Assembly: GCF_006345805.1 (NCBI RefSeq)
Contig: NC_043008.1
Span: 6,138,001 to 6,202,000, forward strand
From: Octopus sinensis
Taxonomy: Eukaryota
Direction: 5' to 3'
DNA length: 64,000 nt
Position 1 is the first letter of the stretch. Every line of letters begins with the position of its first letter. The notes beneath the pieces are model-generated. The model made no database searches. It saw only the letters and a program-made list of their open reading frames with translations, and was not told where the DNA came from. Below are positions 13,621 through 26,424 of the stretch, in pieces. Made by a program: the position numbers and the translations under genes.

Positions 13621-14131
13621 AATTATATACACACACACACACATATATATATAAGTATATGGATATGTGTGTGTGTGTGTGTGTATGCATGCACCTCATT
13701 TGCACTTGGTTTGCAAGGTTATTCATGTGAATTTGTGTGTTGAAAGAAATCTTGTTGTGTCTTGGGAAGGTCATTATGCTAATAATAATAAAGACACAGT
13801 GCATGTATTTATTATTGTCAGTGTAACAACCTTTTAAAGACACAACAACACACATATATATATGTGTGTGTGTGTATATATATATATATACACACATACA
13901 TTTACATATATATATGTATATAAATACATATACAAATATATCTATATATGTGTTGGGCCACTGAACTCAACACATTTGTCTTTTTCCATTCTCTCTCTGT
14001 TTATTTCCTCTTACTCCTTTCTGCTGAAGGATCGAAACATAAATGACTTTTCCATTTTCCCCGAGAGTCAAACAAATACACTAGCTTGTTGCTCCTACAC
14101 CTGTCTTCGTCTTTGTTTTTCTATAAATTCG

Positions 14132-14172
<41 letters not shown>

Positions 14173-14572
14173 CACACACACACATATGTACACACAAGGC
14201 CTGAGAGTTTCATACGAGAGCACTTATCAAGCTTATATATATGTATATGAATACGCACACACACACACACAAACATAAATATATATCCTGTAACTGGTAG
14301 CATTGTAGCAAAATTTGAACACATTATTGTTATTATTATTGTTATTATTACTAAGGCAGTGAGCTGGCAGAATCGTTAGCACACTGAGTAAAATGCTTTG
14401 TGGCTCTTCATCTGTCTGTATGTTCTGTGTAGAAATTCTGTTGAGGTCAGCTTTGCCTTTCATCCTTTCAAGGTCGATAAATTAAGTACCAGTGAAACAC
14501 TGGGGTCGATGTAATTGACTGGTCCTCTTCCTCACAAAATTCCAGGCCTTGTGCTTTAAGCAGAAAGGATTA

Positions 14573-14945
14573 TTATTACCTTCGCGTCAGCGAAGGCGGA
14601 GGTATTGTTTTCAGTTGTGTTTGTTTGTTTGTCTGTCTATGGACAAGATATCTCAAGAACTGCTGGATGGATTCTGATGAAATCTTCAGCGATGCTTGAC
14701 CTTGTGACTGGCACAAACTTATTAGACTTTGGCATTGATCTGGTACCAGACAAAGATTCTGGATTATTTTTCTGTTTTTTTTTTTTTACTTAATTTTTGA
14801 GAGCAATCAGGTTCATTTTTAGTATTCTCTTTTGTGAGAGCAGTTAAGTTTATTTCAGATATTTTCATTTTAAAAATCATCTCTGGCTAATCATTGAGAG
14901 GAGGTTGCCTTGACGGAGGTTTGTACTCACTGAGTGCTCCTGTTG
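14573..14945 (+). mobile_element. Helentron-associated non-autonomous element (HINE/DINE-1-like)
   Basis: 5' attaccttcgc..gcgaaggcggaggta inverted repeat, then a (GTTT/GTCT)n tract. 3' gacggaggt sub-terminal repeat plus gtactc-act-gagtgc stem-loop. Inserted in an (ATT)n tail. Confidence 0.7.
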
Positions 14946-15269
14946 TTGTTATTATTATTATTATTAAGGTGGGGAGCTGGCAAAATTGTTAGTATGCTGG
15001 ATGAAATGCTTAGCGGTATTTTGTCCATCACTGCGTTCTGAGTACAAACTGATTAAATAAACACCAGTTACAGACTGGGGTTGATGAAACTGACTTAATT
15101 CCCTTCTCCCAAATTTCAGGCCTTGTGCCTACAGTAGAAAGAACTATTATTATTATTATTATTATCATCATTATTATTATATATGGCAGCAAGTGGGTAG
15201 AATCATTAGCATGCCAGACAAAATGCATAATGGCATTTCATTTGTCTTTAGATTCTGAGTTCAAATGTG

Positions 15270-15455
15270 AGTGTGTGTGTGTGTGTATGTATATATATAT
15301 ATATATATATACACATATATACATATATATATATGTTTTCGTTTCTCATTGTGTTCAACGTTTTTTTGATGTCCTGTAACCATATATGCATGTATATATT
15401 CATATATATGTAGGTATGTACATATATGTATGTATATATGCATATATTTGTTATT

Positions 15456-15489
<34 letters not shown>

Positions 15490-15536
15490 TGTACATATAT
15501 ACATACATGTACATATATACATACATGTACATATAT

Positions 15537-15608
<72 letters not shown>

Positions 15609-15760
15609 GTGTATGTATGTGTGTGTATGTATATATATATTCATCTACATATGTATATATATATATATATATATATACATGCATATAAAAATACATTCAC
15701 ATAGACGTATATATACACATATATGTGTATATTTGTGTAAGTATATATATATATATATAA
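15270..15760. repeat. Long (AT)n/(ATAC)n microsatellite
   Basis: Directly visible. Source of the 275-aa YI-rich pseudo-ORF. Confidence 0.95.
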
Positions 15761-16910
15761 ATATATACTCACTCACACACACACACCTACAAGAATGTAT
15801 CTTCGTACTTTCATACATATATATATATACACAGGCATGTACACAGACACATATCCATACAGATATTCTAGAAAAACATTTACACACACACATGCACAGA
15901 AATCTATGCACATCACAAATATATTCAGCCACTTATATGGAGTGTGAGCACATAAACACACATCCGACACACACATTAATAAACATTCAAACACTACGCA
16001 CACACACACGCCCACACATGCACCACCACCCCACACACACACACACACCAGGCACATGCGTATGCAAGCCAATAAACATCTCATATGAATATGAAAAGCT
16101 AACTTCAATAATGGTATCCATCAATATTCCTGTTAGATTTTCCGAGAAAGAAAAATACAAGAAGACAACACAAAAGATTAATCTGAATCCAATTGTGCAC
16201 ATTGAAGAGCAATTTATCAAATCTAATTTACTAAATTTGATCATCGATTTGGTTTAGGTTATTTTCAGGGTAGATGTGGAGGTGGGTAGGGACGGAGCGC
16301 TGGTTTAGCTTTTGCTCTGTTGCATTATTGTACTTGAAAATTGGTATTTTCATTAGGAACTTTCTGCAGGGAATTTGCTGTTGCTGGCTCTGATGCTGTT
16401 GCAATTTATCTTTCGTATTCACATAGTTATTTTCAACTTTTAAATGTACTTTTAGGGGGGGGGGGGAAGCTAAAAAAAACTAAGAAACAGCAAACAAGGA
16501 AAGCTGTAAATTACAATGACAATTTTTTTCTTCATTACTTTTGTTGTTATTTTTACAGTTTGCAGGGAGGGGGGGTGTATGTTTTGTTTTGTTTTGGTAA
16601 CTGTTGCGGGTTTTTTTAAAAAAAATCACACACAGATGTTATGATTGAGCTATTTTAACCATTCTGTTTCATCACCAGAAGCATTATTGTTCAGCTTTAA
16701 GCCGGAATATTTATTCATTCCCTGTTAGAGCAACACCTTTTCTACTTCAGTTGCTAAACTCCAGCTTATCAAGTCTCCAAAGTTGACAGCTTCTGTAGCG
16801 TGACAACAAGCAAATGTTATTTACTTCCAAGTAAGTCTGGATTATGTAAACCAATCATTAAATACACTCCAGTAACCTGTTTCTCACACAGGGATACCCA
16901 CATTTTGCAC

Positions 16911-17272
16911 ATGGCTGTGTGGTAAGAAGCTTGGTTCTGGGTTCAGTTCCACTGCATGGCACTTTGGGCAAGTGCCTTCTATTATAGCCTCGGGAAGACC
17001 AAATCCTTGTGAATGGTTAGGTAGATGGAAACTGAAAGAAGCCCATTGTATATGCAAGTGTTTATGTGTTTGTCCCCCAGTACTGCTTGAAAACTGGTGT
17101 TGGTGTGTTTATATTCTTGTAACTCAGTGGTTTGGTAAAAGAGACTGATAAAATAAGTACAAGGATTAGCAAAAAGTAAGTACTGAATTCGATTCATTCA
17201 ACTAAATATTTCTCAAGGTAATGCTCCAACATGGCCACAGTCTGATAACTGAAGCAAGTAAAAGATAAAAGA
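16911..17272 (+). mobile_element. SINE family A, diverged copy
   Basis: Same head, body and tail as 12904-13256. Confidence 0.8.
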
Positions 17273-20008
17273 TGAGAGATTCTGGTTACGGAATTTTGCA
17301 CAGGTACAACTCATTTTTGTCAGCTGAATGTACTAGAGCAATGTGAAGTAAAGTGTCTTGCTCAAGGCAACAATGATCCTCAGGGAATCGAACTCCTGGC
17401 CTTACAATCCTGAGCTGAACACCCTAACCCCTAAGCTATGTGCAATACAGAAAACAAAAAAAAAACATGAGGCAATTAGCTCAAGCAGCCATCCTATTAG
17501 CTGCTTGAATATTATTTATTTTATAGATCATACATGATGGTTAGAACTTGGTGCTTCCTCAGTAGACTGATGAACGGAATGGACATAAAGTATCAATAAA
17601 TATGATGGACATTCCAGTAAAAGTTATTCTTATTTTACTTCGTTTTTGTGTCTTTTTTGTATTTTTATTTATTCCCTAATGAATTCCACTTCAAATGGTT
17701 TTTATATATTTACTGTACTGTATGTACTTAAAAATCATTATTTTTATGCTTAAAAGCGGTTGTACGACTTGGTTTTTTTTTTCTTTTTCCTGATAAATTC
17801 CATAGGAATGTTCCAGTTTAAAACAAGGAAGTGAACAGGAAATAAATTTCCTGTTATAGAATTGAACATTATTACAAAGCTTTCAGAAATCCAACTCTTC
17901 CGTAACATGACTGCTTCACTGCCAATATTGTCTTAGATACTAAAGCAATGAGCAGGGAGAAGCGTTACCATGGTGGGTAACCTGCTCGGTAGCACTTCAT
18001 CTGTCTTTATGTTCAAGGTTCAAATTCCACTAAGGTTGACTTTGCTGTGTATCCTTTTGAAGCTCCTAAAATAAGTAGCAGCTGAGCACTGGAATTCCCT
18101 GCCCCAGACGTGGTGGCTTTGTGCCAAAATTTGAAACCAATATTGTCTTAGATACAAGATACAGGTTAAATATAACTGACAAGAATTTCATTTGTGGTCA
18201 GTTCAAATCCTCTTATGGACAAAACTTGAGCCAGATCTGTGTTCTTACCAAAAATGTCCCTTTCAACTGTTGAGATAAGCTACAGAATACATCTGAGACA
18301 GTGAAAGGAGTAAATACCAGGTAAAAGAAGCATAATCTAGTGTGAAACAACCAGCTTACTCAATATTTCCTTTTAATCCCAGAGATTCAAGTTTACACTC
18401 TACAAGTACATAATTCTTCCTCAATCACTCTGTTGATAGATTTGGAAAACAAGCAACGAATGAATCAGACAGAGGCAGAGTTTTTCAGGTAAAAATTACA
18501 TTAGTACCAACATTCCTCCAGACCTACAGTAATTAGAAGAAATCATTAACTGTCTAAAAAGTAGCACTAAATTACCAGCTTAAGCCTTCTATTTGCTATT
18601 CTGAGAGCAACGTTAAGCTGTTGGTTCAACCAATTCCACATTTTGAAATTAATCATTTGATAAAAATTCATAACTCACATAATCACTCAAACACAATCGT
18701 TATCGGTTTATATGAAGAATAAATTACCCGTTTTGAAATTTAGAACTAAAACAAAACATTAAGTTTAAACGAAATTAAATTTGAGAAAGCTTAATTCAAT
18801 CCGAACCAATCTCCACAGAGTAAAACTAAAAATTCTTTGTAATTTTGATCATCACATGCAAAGTCAATTTATCTGTTAAAACATTGAGGAATTCCAAATT
18901 TCCTGGAAATTAGACGAGTCTTATAAACACTGTATAATTCAAAATTCTAACGTGTTATACAGCTGCCAGCACCAAAATGTTGAGTTTACTGTCTTGACCT
19001 AAAAATTACTACAAGTGGAAAAGTGTAATTAAATCAGGAGTCACACTCATCGTTAATTTCTGGCAATTTTACATGTGAAGACTCATTAGCTTCAGTTTTT
19101 TTTTTCTATTTTTTTTTTTTTTTGTAATTTTAAACTTTTTTAGAATATTTTCACAGCTTTTTTATATTAGTATATTTATTCAATTCTGCAACTTGTCACC
19201 AGACTAATAAAAAAAGAAGGGAAAAAATTACTTGCAAAATTCTCTGAAAATCACAATAAGTGTTCAAATTCCAACTGTCTGAATAATTAAAGAGGAAGCT
19301 AACTTTGTCAAAATGATAAATAAAAACCAAAAAAAAAAAATACATAATGAAAATGAAAGACAAAAATTAGGATTTTTATTTTTCACTTCTTTTTCCGAGT
19401 AACATTTTCTTTCTTTCTCTTCTTACAAAGTCCTAAATTGGATTTTAAAAATGAAAAGGTTTTCTTCTCAAGAATTTAAACAGAACTAAAACCGTACTTA
19501 AATGTTTTTTGTTTTGGATCTTCAAATCTTCTTTGAAAGAACCACCTCAATATAAAAATACCAATACTATATATACACACACACACACACATTTACTTGC
19601 ATATATGTGTATATATATCATTTAATAAAGATATGAGCCACTAACAAATAGTTTCTTTCTGTGGAGAGGTGTCAAGGCAAGTTTTTAAAACATGCTTTAT
19701 GTCTCCTAGCAATCTCCAGGCTCTGAGTACATCTACAAGTGTGTGTGTGTGTTTTATTCATTTCAGCCATTCAACTACGGTCATGCTGGAACACCACCAT
19801 GATAAAAAAGTTGTTCCAAAGCTGGGAAACGAACCTGAGTTGCCTTGATGAAAGCAAGAAGCCTAACCATTATATATATATATAGAGACTTAAATATAAG
19901 AGAGTTACCGCTAAGTGGTTAACTCTAGTGCTAAAAATAGCTCCTTTTTCTGGTATAAAACTGATGGTATTATTAAATTAATATCTAATTTTTCACCCTC
20001 ATTTATGA

Positions 20009-20045
<37 letters not shown>

Positions 20046-20180
20046 AATGTGTCATCATCATCATCATCACCATCTAATGTCCATGTTCTATGCTGATGTG
20101 AGGTGAATGGTTTGACAGGGTCCAGTTGGTTCAAGGACTGCATTCTGCTCCAACATATGATTTCCTATGGTTTCTGTGGT

Positions 20181-20575
20181 TATTCTTTTATTTGTTTCAG
20201 TCATTTGACTGTGACCATGCTGGAGCATCGCCTTTTAGTTGAACAAATTGACCCCAGGACTTATTCTTTGTAAGCCTAGTACTTACTCTATCAGTCTCTT
20301 TTGCTGAACCACTAAGCTACAGGGACATAAACACACCAGCATCGGTTGTCAAGCAATGGTTGGGGGACAGACACAGACATACACACAAATATATACATGC
20401 ATATATATATATGATGGGATTTTTTTTAGTTTCTGTCTACCAAATCCACTCACAAGGCTTTGGTCGACCTGAGGCTATAATAGAAAACACTTGCCCAAGA
20501 TGCCACATAATGGGACTGAACCCAGGACCATGTAGTTGGGAAGCAAGCTTCTTACCACACGGCCACTCCGGTGCC
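20181..20575 (-). mobile_element. SINE family A nested in an RTE-tail element
   Basis: Full family A copy interrupting a (cat)n RTE-tail repeat that starts at ~20053 and resumes at ~20576. Confidence 0.8.
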
Positions 20576-21921
20576 TACTAAGTCACTCCAACACCAGCCA
20601 TTTTACAGAATGTGCTGGGTGCTTTTTTTTATGGTACCAGAGCTATTAAGGTCACCTTGTAACAACTCGCAAGACTACAAATCTCAAGAAGGTGGTGGTG
20701 GTGGTGGAGGTATGTGGGGTGTTATGCTAGGGTATGAGGGGATTAAAGTGTGAGACTGGGGGTGGAATAGATCAAGTTCTTGTAGAAGAGCTGCATGGTT
20801 ACTCACATTTAGTTGCGGGGCTACAATAGTCGAGATGAGGTACCCTGGGGACCACCTCAAAGTACAAGGTGAGTAAAAGTGGGTGGGTGAGGGAATTGCA
20901 TGAATGTAGGGGAGCAGGAGATGCGAGAATGGGGAAGCAGCTTGCGACTGCAATAAAAACAACATACATATCCATGCAGATGTGTGTGTGTGTGTGTTAT
21001 CATCATCATCATCATTTAACGTTCGTGTTCCATGCTCACATGGGTTGGAATGTTTGTCAGGGACCTTGGGGCCCAAGGAACTGCCTCGTGCGCTACTGTC
21101 TGCTTTGACATGCTTTTTATGGCCGGATGCTGTTTCTCGTGTTCACCACTTTACAATGTGTATTGGGTGTTTTTCCATACCATCAGCTCTAGTAACATCG
21201 CCACAGAGTTTGCAAGACTACAAACCATGAGAGGGCAACTTTATGCAAGAAAATGAGGGTTAAAAGATGGGTAAAAATATAAGAGATGGGACCAGAGCAG
21301 AAAAAGTTCCTTGCTGTAGAGAAGCTACATGGGTACCCATATTTTAGAAGTAAGGGTGGGAGAGATTGAGACATTGAAATCGAAAGCAACAAAATATAAT
21401 GGTGATGAGGTGTCAGGTGGACTTTTCAGTTATGAGTTTGGGTAGAAATGAATCGTTATAATCATTCCTATTCTGCTGAAAGTTAGTCTTAATGAAGTAT
21501 TGGATAGTTCTAGTTCTGATAGATAATCTCAGTAATCTGCATGAAATTTAAGTAATAATCTCACCTCACATGAGATTAGCTATCTACCCAAACTTATTAG
21601 AAATTGTGAACCCCAAAATCTTGAAGACATATTGTAGAATATTTTTAAGAGATGATGCAAAAAATTAATTACATGATTGTTTTTCCAGCTTCATATATCA
21701 TCAAAAATCATGGAAAGAATTATAAGGATGTATGTTAATAAAAGATAAATAATCTGTCAAGGTCAAAGCACTTCCCTGGATGTAGGATAGATTCTTCTGT
21801 TTTAATTTGATCTTCTGAACTTGCATTTTTATTACAATCTATGTAGAGAAAGAATGAAGTGAGCTAAATCTAATCCAGAATAGGATAATGACTTATTATG
21901 ACCTAACTTTTCTGATGCATT

Positions 21922-22301
21922 ATTTACATTATTTACATTTGATGGATATTAGTCCTCATCTTGTTTGTTGTTAACACAATGTTTTGGCTGATATACTCTC
22001 CAGCCTTCATCAGGTGTCTTGGGGAAATTTTGAACCTGGGTTCTTATTCTTAAGGTATTTTTTCGATATTATTATTATCATTATTATTATTATTACTATT
22101 ATTATCCAGGTCCCTGCCTCGAATTGAACTTGGAATCTTGGGATTAGTAGCCTGTGCTCTTAACCACTACGCCATATGCCTGATGAAAGCTGGAGTGTAT
22201 ATCGGCTGAAACGTTGTATTAACAACAAACAAGAAGAGGACAAATATCTGTCAAATGTAAATAATGTACATAATTCCTCATCGCTTAAATACAGAACTGT
22301 G
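21922..22301 (-). mobile_element. SINE family D: tRNA-like head + (AAT)n + hammerhead motif, with 5' inverted segment
   Basis: 14-bp TSD ttttctgatgcatt (21908-21921 / 22302-22315). A box TGGCGTAGTGG and B box AGTTCAATTC. CTGATGA..stem..(G)AAAC motif. An inverted copy of the tail occupies 22179-22301. Confidence 0.85.
22176..22219 (+). ncRNA. Minimal type I hammerhead ribozyme motif
   Basis: ATGC-CTGATGA-A-AGCTG-gagtgtatat-CGGCT-GAAA-CGTT-GTAT. Conserved core, 5-bp stem II, palindromic AACGTT stem III and 4-bp stem I. Activity untested. Confidence 0.65.
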
Positions 22302-22602
22302 TTTTCTGATGCATTTAGTATATTCAAATGATTTTGCTTCTTTCTAGGAAACAGAAAACAGAACAAGTAAAGAATCTGTACCCAAAGGAACAATTAATAT
22401 GAGAGAGTTTGTGAATCTATGCCTAGAAGTTCCAAAGGTTATCATTACAACAACTAGATTGATAAATTCTGACAGATAATCAACAGCAACTAATAATCTG
22501 CCATTAAAGTTTGTGCTGTTTTATTTAATTAAACATTTTGGTGTCAATCTATTTTCAGCTGATGCAGTTCTGTTACATATCAATCAAAATGTATTAACCA
22601 AT

Positions 22603-22986
22603 CGTGGCACTCTGGCGGTTACGATGACGAAGGTTCCAGTTGATCCGATTAATGTAACAGCCTGCTCGTGAAATTAATGTGCAAGTGGCTGAGTATTCCA
22701 CAGACCTGTGTACCCTTAATGTAGTTCTTGGGGAGATTCAGTGTGACACAGAGTGTGACAAGGCTGGCCCCTTTGAAATACAGCTACAACCGAAACAGGA
22801 AGAAAGAGTGAGCGAAAGTTGTGCTGAAAGAGTATAGTAGGGTTCACCACCAGCCCCTGCTGGAGCCTCGTAGATCTTTAAGTGTTTTCACTCAATAAAC
22901 ACTCACAATGCCCAGTCTGGGAATTGAAACCTCAATCCTATGACTGCAAGTCCGCTGCCCTAACCACTGGGCCATTGCACCTCCAC
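22603..22986 (-). mobile_element. SINE family C (head H1 + tail T1)
   Basis: 10-bp TSD attaaccaat (22593-22602 / 22987-22996). Head gtggaggtgcaatggcccagtggttagggcagcggac with A and B boxes. Confidence 0.85.
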
Positions 22987-24730
22987 ATTAACCAATAAAT
23001 CTAGAAATTTAAATGATGTTCGTTTGACTAATAATTAATTTTGACTAATGGTTAAACATTGCAATAAAAAAAGTCATAAAATTTTATTCAATAAATATTG
23101 GAATTTTTTAATTTTTATGAAAGAGAAATATGCATATATAAATATGCTAGATTCTTTTACGAACTTTATAAATAATGGAGCACCGTTATATAAAAGCACG
23201 ACCCTTATGAAACTGGGTTTCTATTGAGTTTGTAAATAATTTCTATGTTACTAAAGCCCTTAAGAATGTCATCAACATTATAGTTTTAAAGTCTTGTAAA
23301 CACAAAGCTTGGTGCTTATGGTGGGAATTAATCATTTCATCAAGTTCCCTATTCTGTAGAGGGGATTTCTTGGTTGTGCTTCTTTTGTCAAACAAAATGC
23401 CAATTCCTTGTTGGTAAGAGGGAAAATGAAGAGGTAATAGATGCATAGAAGTAAAATTCGAGGCAACATTTTTGCATATCATAACAAGAGAACGCATGCC
23501 ATCAGATCAGAGTGCTAAAAATGTCATGTATCAACATCAGAGGCATCACAGAGAAATGCAAAAAAGAAAATAATTTCAAAAACAAGAAACTTTGGAAAAG
23601 TATTAGTCTCAAACAAAACAATCTCACAAATCACATCTAGAAACTCTTTACAACAGAGATATGGTCTTTACTTCAAAAACGAATACAAATATTTGACCAA
23701 CTCTTTTTAATCAAATTGTAGATTTTCTTAATATTCAAACTAAATAACAATTTCTTATTTCGCATACTTTGACCATATTTCTTCTTTTAAAAAAAAAAAT
23801 CATGTCTTTGTTTTTTTTCTCTTCTCCGAATATATTTTTAATTTAATATAAAAAAAAAGTGTATTTTAAAATAAACTCCATTGTATGCAAACATTTATCA
23901 GTAATATTTTGAATAATAAAGAGTAAATTTTTTTAGAAAAGAACATTGATGGAAAGCATGTGTCAAATACTTTTTGTAAGGACTTGCTGTTTTAATTTCT
24001 TTTATTGTTCAATATTTGCCATCGTTAAAATGGCACTAGCAGCAATAATGGCAGATTTGTTTCTGCTGTGAAACTAATCAGAAATTCAGAACACGTTTCA
24101 AATTATTCAAAATATTGGAATCCCACTTAAAGATGAAGGAAACAAACGAATAAATATTTTTAAATGCTTTCTCACATCATTTTCCTTTTTCCTTATGCCA
24201 TTATATGCAAAAGTCATATGAAGAAGGAGTAGATTTTTAACAGAAAAATCCAAACTGCATGAATATATAAATTAATAAACAGAAGAATTCTGTTTTGGCA
24301 TATTTAAACCAAAACATAAGCAGAAGAACAGAAAACAGAGAATCAAAGCAGAAAAGATTTCAAGAAAAAGTATAAAATAGCAATTTTAATAAATAAAACC
24401 TCATATTTTTGAAGTTGACTCCTTGAAGTTAGCTTATCTTTTCATTCTTCTGATAATTTGTAGTTAATGGAATTAAGATCTACAAGACTTAAAAACCAGG
24501 GGAGAATAGCTAGACTTAGATCTATAGCTTATTCAATTGAGTAGCGCCTTTATATGGAAGCAAGTCTTAATTTCTATTGCTATGCTAAAACTAATGCTTC
24601 ATCATCCATCATTTCAGAATAGTAAAAATAAAACTGATTTTTTTTCTCATTGTTTTACTTTTTTGACAAACATTTTGACAAAAACAAACAAAACGAGAAA
24701 AAAAAATGGTAAAAGAATCTCATTACTCAC

Positions 24731-25030
24731 CATAAGTATTAAGCACATGAACTTTGAACTCTGTAGCTTTCAAGTCAGATGTTCTGCACACGTATATCCC
24801 TGCATCATCTAAGTGACTCCGTTGAATTACAAGTTTACTTATCAAAGCCCGTGCAACCGTGTGGACATCTGATTTGATCTGTATCCTTTCATTATTGGTC
24901 TCTGAAGTAATAATTTCTCCATCTTTAAACCATGTAATCTCTTTTGGTGGACGACCTCCACTAGTGGCGTTACATATAATTTCAATAGATTTGGTGTTCT
25001 CCACATAGCCAGTCCCACTGATGTGAACAG
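24731..25030 (-). CDS. Ig (I-set-like) domain exon, zig-8/Dpr/DIP-like family
   Basis: 300-nt phase 1-1 exon with acceptor ttctttgacag| and donor |gtgagt. Encodes VHISGTGYVENTKSIEIICNATSGGRPPKEITWFKDG...SKLVIQRSHLDDAGIYVCRTSDLKATEFKVHVLNTY. Has the canonical Ig Cys, the WFKDG Trp, the D-A-G-x-Y-x-C motif and an NAT sequon. Confidence 0.92.
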
Positions 25031-25202
25031 CTGTCAAAGAAAGAACAAATTTCATTTATACAAGCCATAGAAATGTTTGTTAAAGTGTGTGCATACATAC
25101 AATGTTCTACTCTCCATGTGCATGTCTGATTGTGTTAATCTGATATGTGTACATGAATGTAAGTACATATATATGTATGTGTATATATATATATATATAT
25201 AT

Positions 25203-25495
25203 GTGGAGGCGCAATGGCCCAGTGGTTAGGGCAGCGGACTCGCGGTTGTAGGATCGTGGTTTCGATTCCCAGACCAGACGTTGTGAGTGTTTATTGAGCG
25301 AAAACACCTAAAGCTCCACAAGGCTCCGGCAGGGGTTGGTGGCGATCCCTGCTGTACTCTTTCGCCACAACTTTCTCTCACTCTTTCTTCTGTTGGCCTA
25401 CTTGCTTAGCCAGTGGGGTGGCGTCATTGAATGTGAAGCGCATTGTGACCAGCGATGTGTAGCAACATCTGGTAGCCTGGTCAGTCACGGTGATA
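25203..25495 (+). mobile_element. SINE family C (head H1 + tail T2)
   Basis: gtggaggcgcaatggcccagtggttagggcagcggactcgcgg...ggtttcgattccc. The 3' part differs from 22603-22986. Confidence 0.85.
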
Positions 25496-25506
25496 TATAT
25501 ATGTAT

Positions 25507-25660
25507 ATGAGCAAAACGCCCCCCACCCCGTCCAATGGACGGTGTTGAGTTGTCAAACATTTAAACCAAATTTTCTCAAAACAACTTGTCTGACCGTCCC
25601 ATAGGCCTCCCATTTGAGAAACACTGACTTAACCTAAGTTTGAGACACCAGCAAAAGAAG
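25507..25660 (-). mobile_element. 3' fragment of non-autonomous Helitron family 2
   Basis: ccgtccaatggacgg hairpin and body shared with 33049-33409. Confidence 0.6.
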
Positions 25661-25983
25661 TAGAAAAAATTATCGGTTTCAAATTTTGGCACAAGGTCAG
25701 TAACTTTGTAGAAGGAGCTAAATCGATTAGATTAACCCCAGTACTTAACTGGTACTTATTTTATTGACCCCTAAAAGGATAAAAGTAAAATCAACCTCAG
25801 TGGAATTTGAACTCAGAATATAAAGCAAGAAGAAACACTGCTAAGCATTTTGTTTAGCATGCTAACGATTCTGCTTTCAAATTTTGGCACAAGGCCAGTA
25901 ATTTCAGTGGAGAGGGTAAGTTGATTACATTAACCCCAGTGCTCAACTGGTACATATTTTATTGACCTTGAAAGGATAAAAGG

Positions 25984-26424
25984 TTAACCCTTTTGTTACT
26001 GTATTTATTTTGAGATGCTCTGTTTCTTTCAATTACTTTAAATATAACAAAGAATTTAGTAAAATAACTTAGTTATCATTCAGCTAGTGTTAGGAACATA
26101 AATTGTGAATAAGGTTTCGTGGAAGATTTTCATTCAGAACTTATGAAAACAGGACATTTGTACTACAGAGCCAGAGCTGGTTTCAGCTGGGTTGGTATCA
26201 AAAGAGTTTAAAATATCATGGTGACTTTAACCCTTTTGTTACCCTATTTCTGTTGAGATGCTCTGTGTTTCTTTCAATTACATTAAATGCAACAAAGAAT
26301 TTAGTAAAATAACTTAGTTATCATTCCGCTAGTGTTAGGAACATAAATTGTGACTATGGTTTGGTGGAAGATTTGTACTCAGAGCCAGAGTCGGTTTCAG
26401 CTGGGTTGGTAACAAAAGGGTTAA
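25984..26424. mobile_element. Two adjacent piggyBac-like MITEs (family 2) inside a family B SINE
   Basis: TTAA|CCCTTTTGTTAC...GTAACAAAAGGG|TTAA. Units ~25984-26211 and 26227-26424. The host SINE resumes with gtcaaccttggcagaatttgaactc. Confidence 0.8.

Noticed and set aside
14015-14235. Two hammerhead-like remnants (ctgaaggatcgaaac; minus-strand ttgataagtgctctcgtatgaaactctcag)
   Set aside because: Too degenerate to fold from these single copies.
16104-16129. Candidate downstream micro-exon (GILMDTIIE) after a strong pyrimidine tract
   Set aside because: Weak donor, phase change and no identifiable following exon. Cannot be supported without transcripts.
15430-16257. 275-aa ORF and the other YI/CV/poly-I/poly-N ORFs (e.g. 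12086, 57816, 59638)
   Set aside because: Translations of microsatellites that simply lack stop codons.
17567-17625. CTGATGA followed by a ggaatg/cattcc stem
   Set aside because: The GAAA box and stems I/III are missing. At best a decayed relic.
22100-22179. tRNA genes in SINE heads (also 25203, 38120, 43700)
   Set aside because: A/B boxes are present, but acceptor stems are poor and each continues into a SINE body with TSDs.
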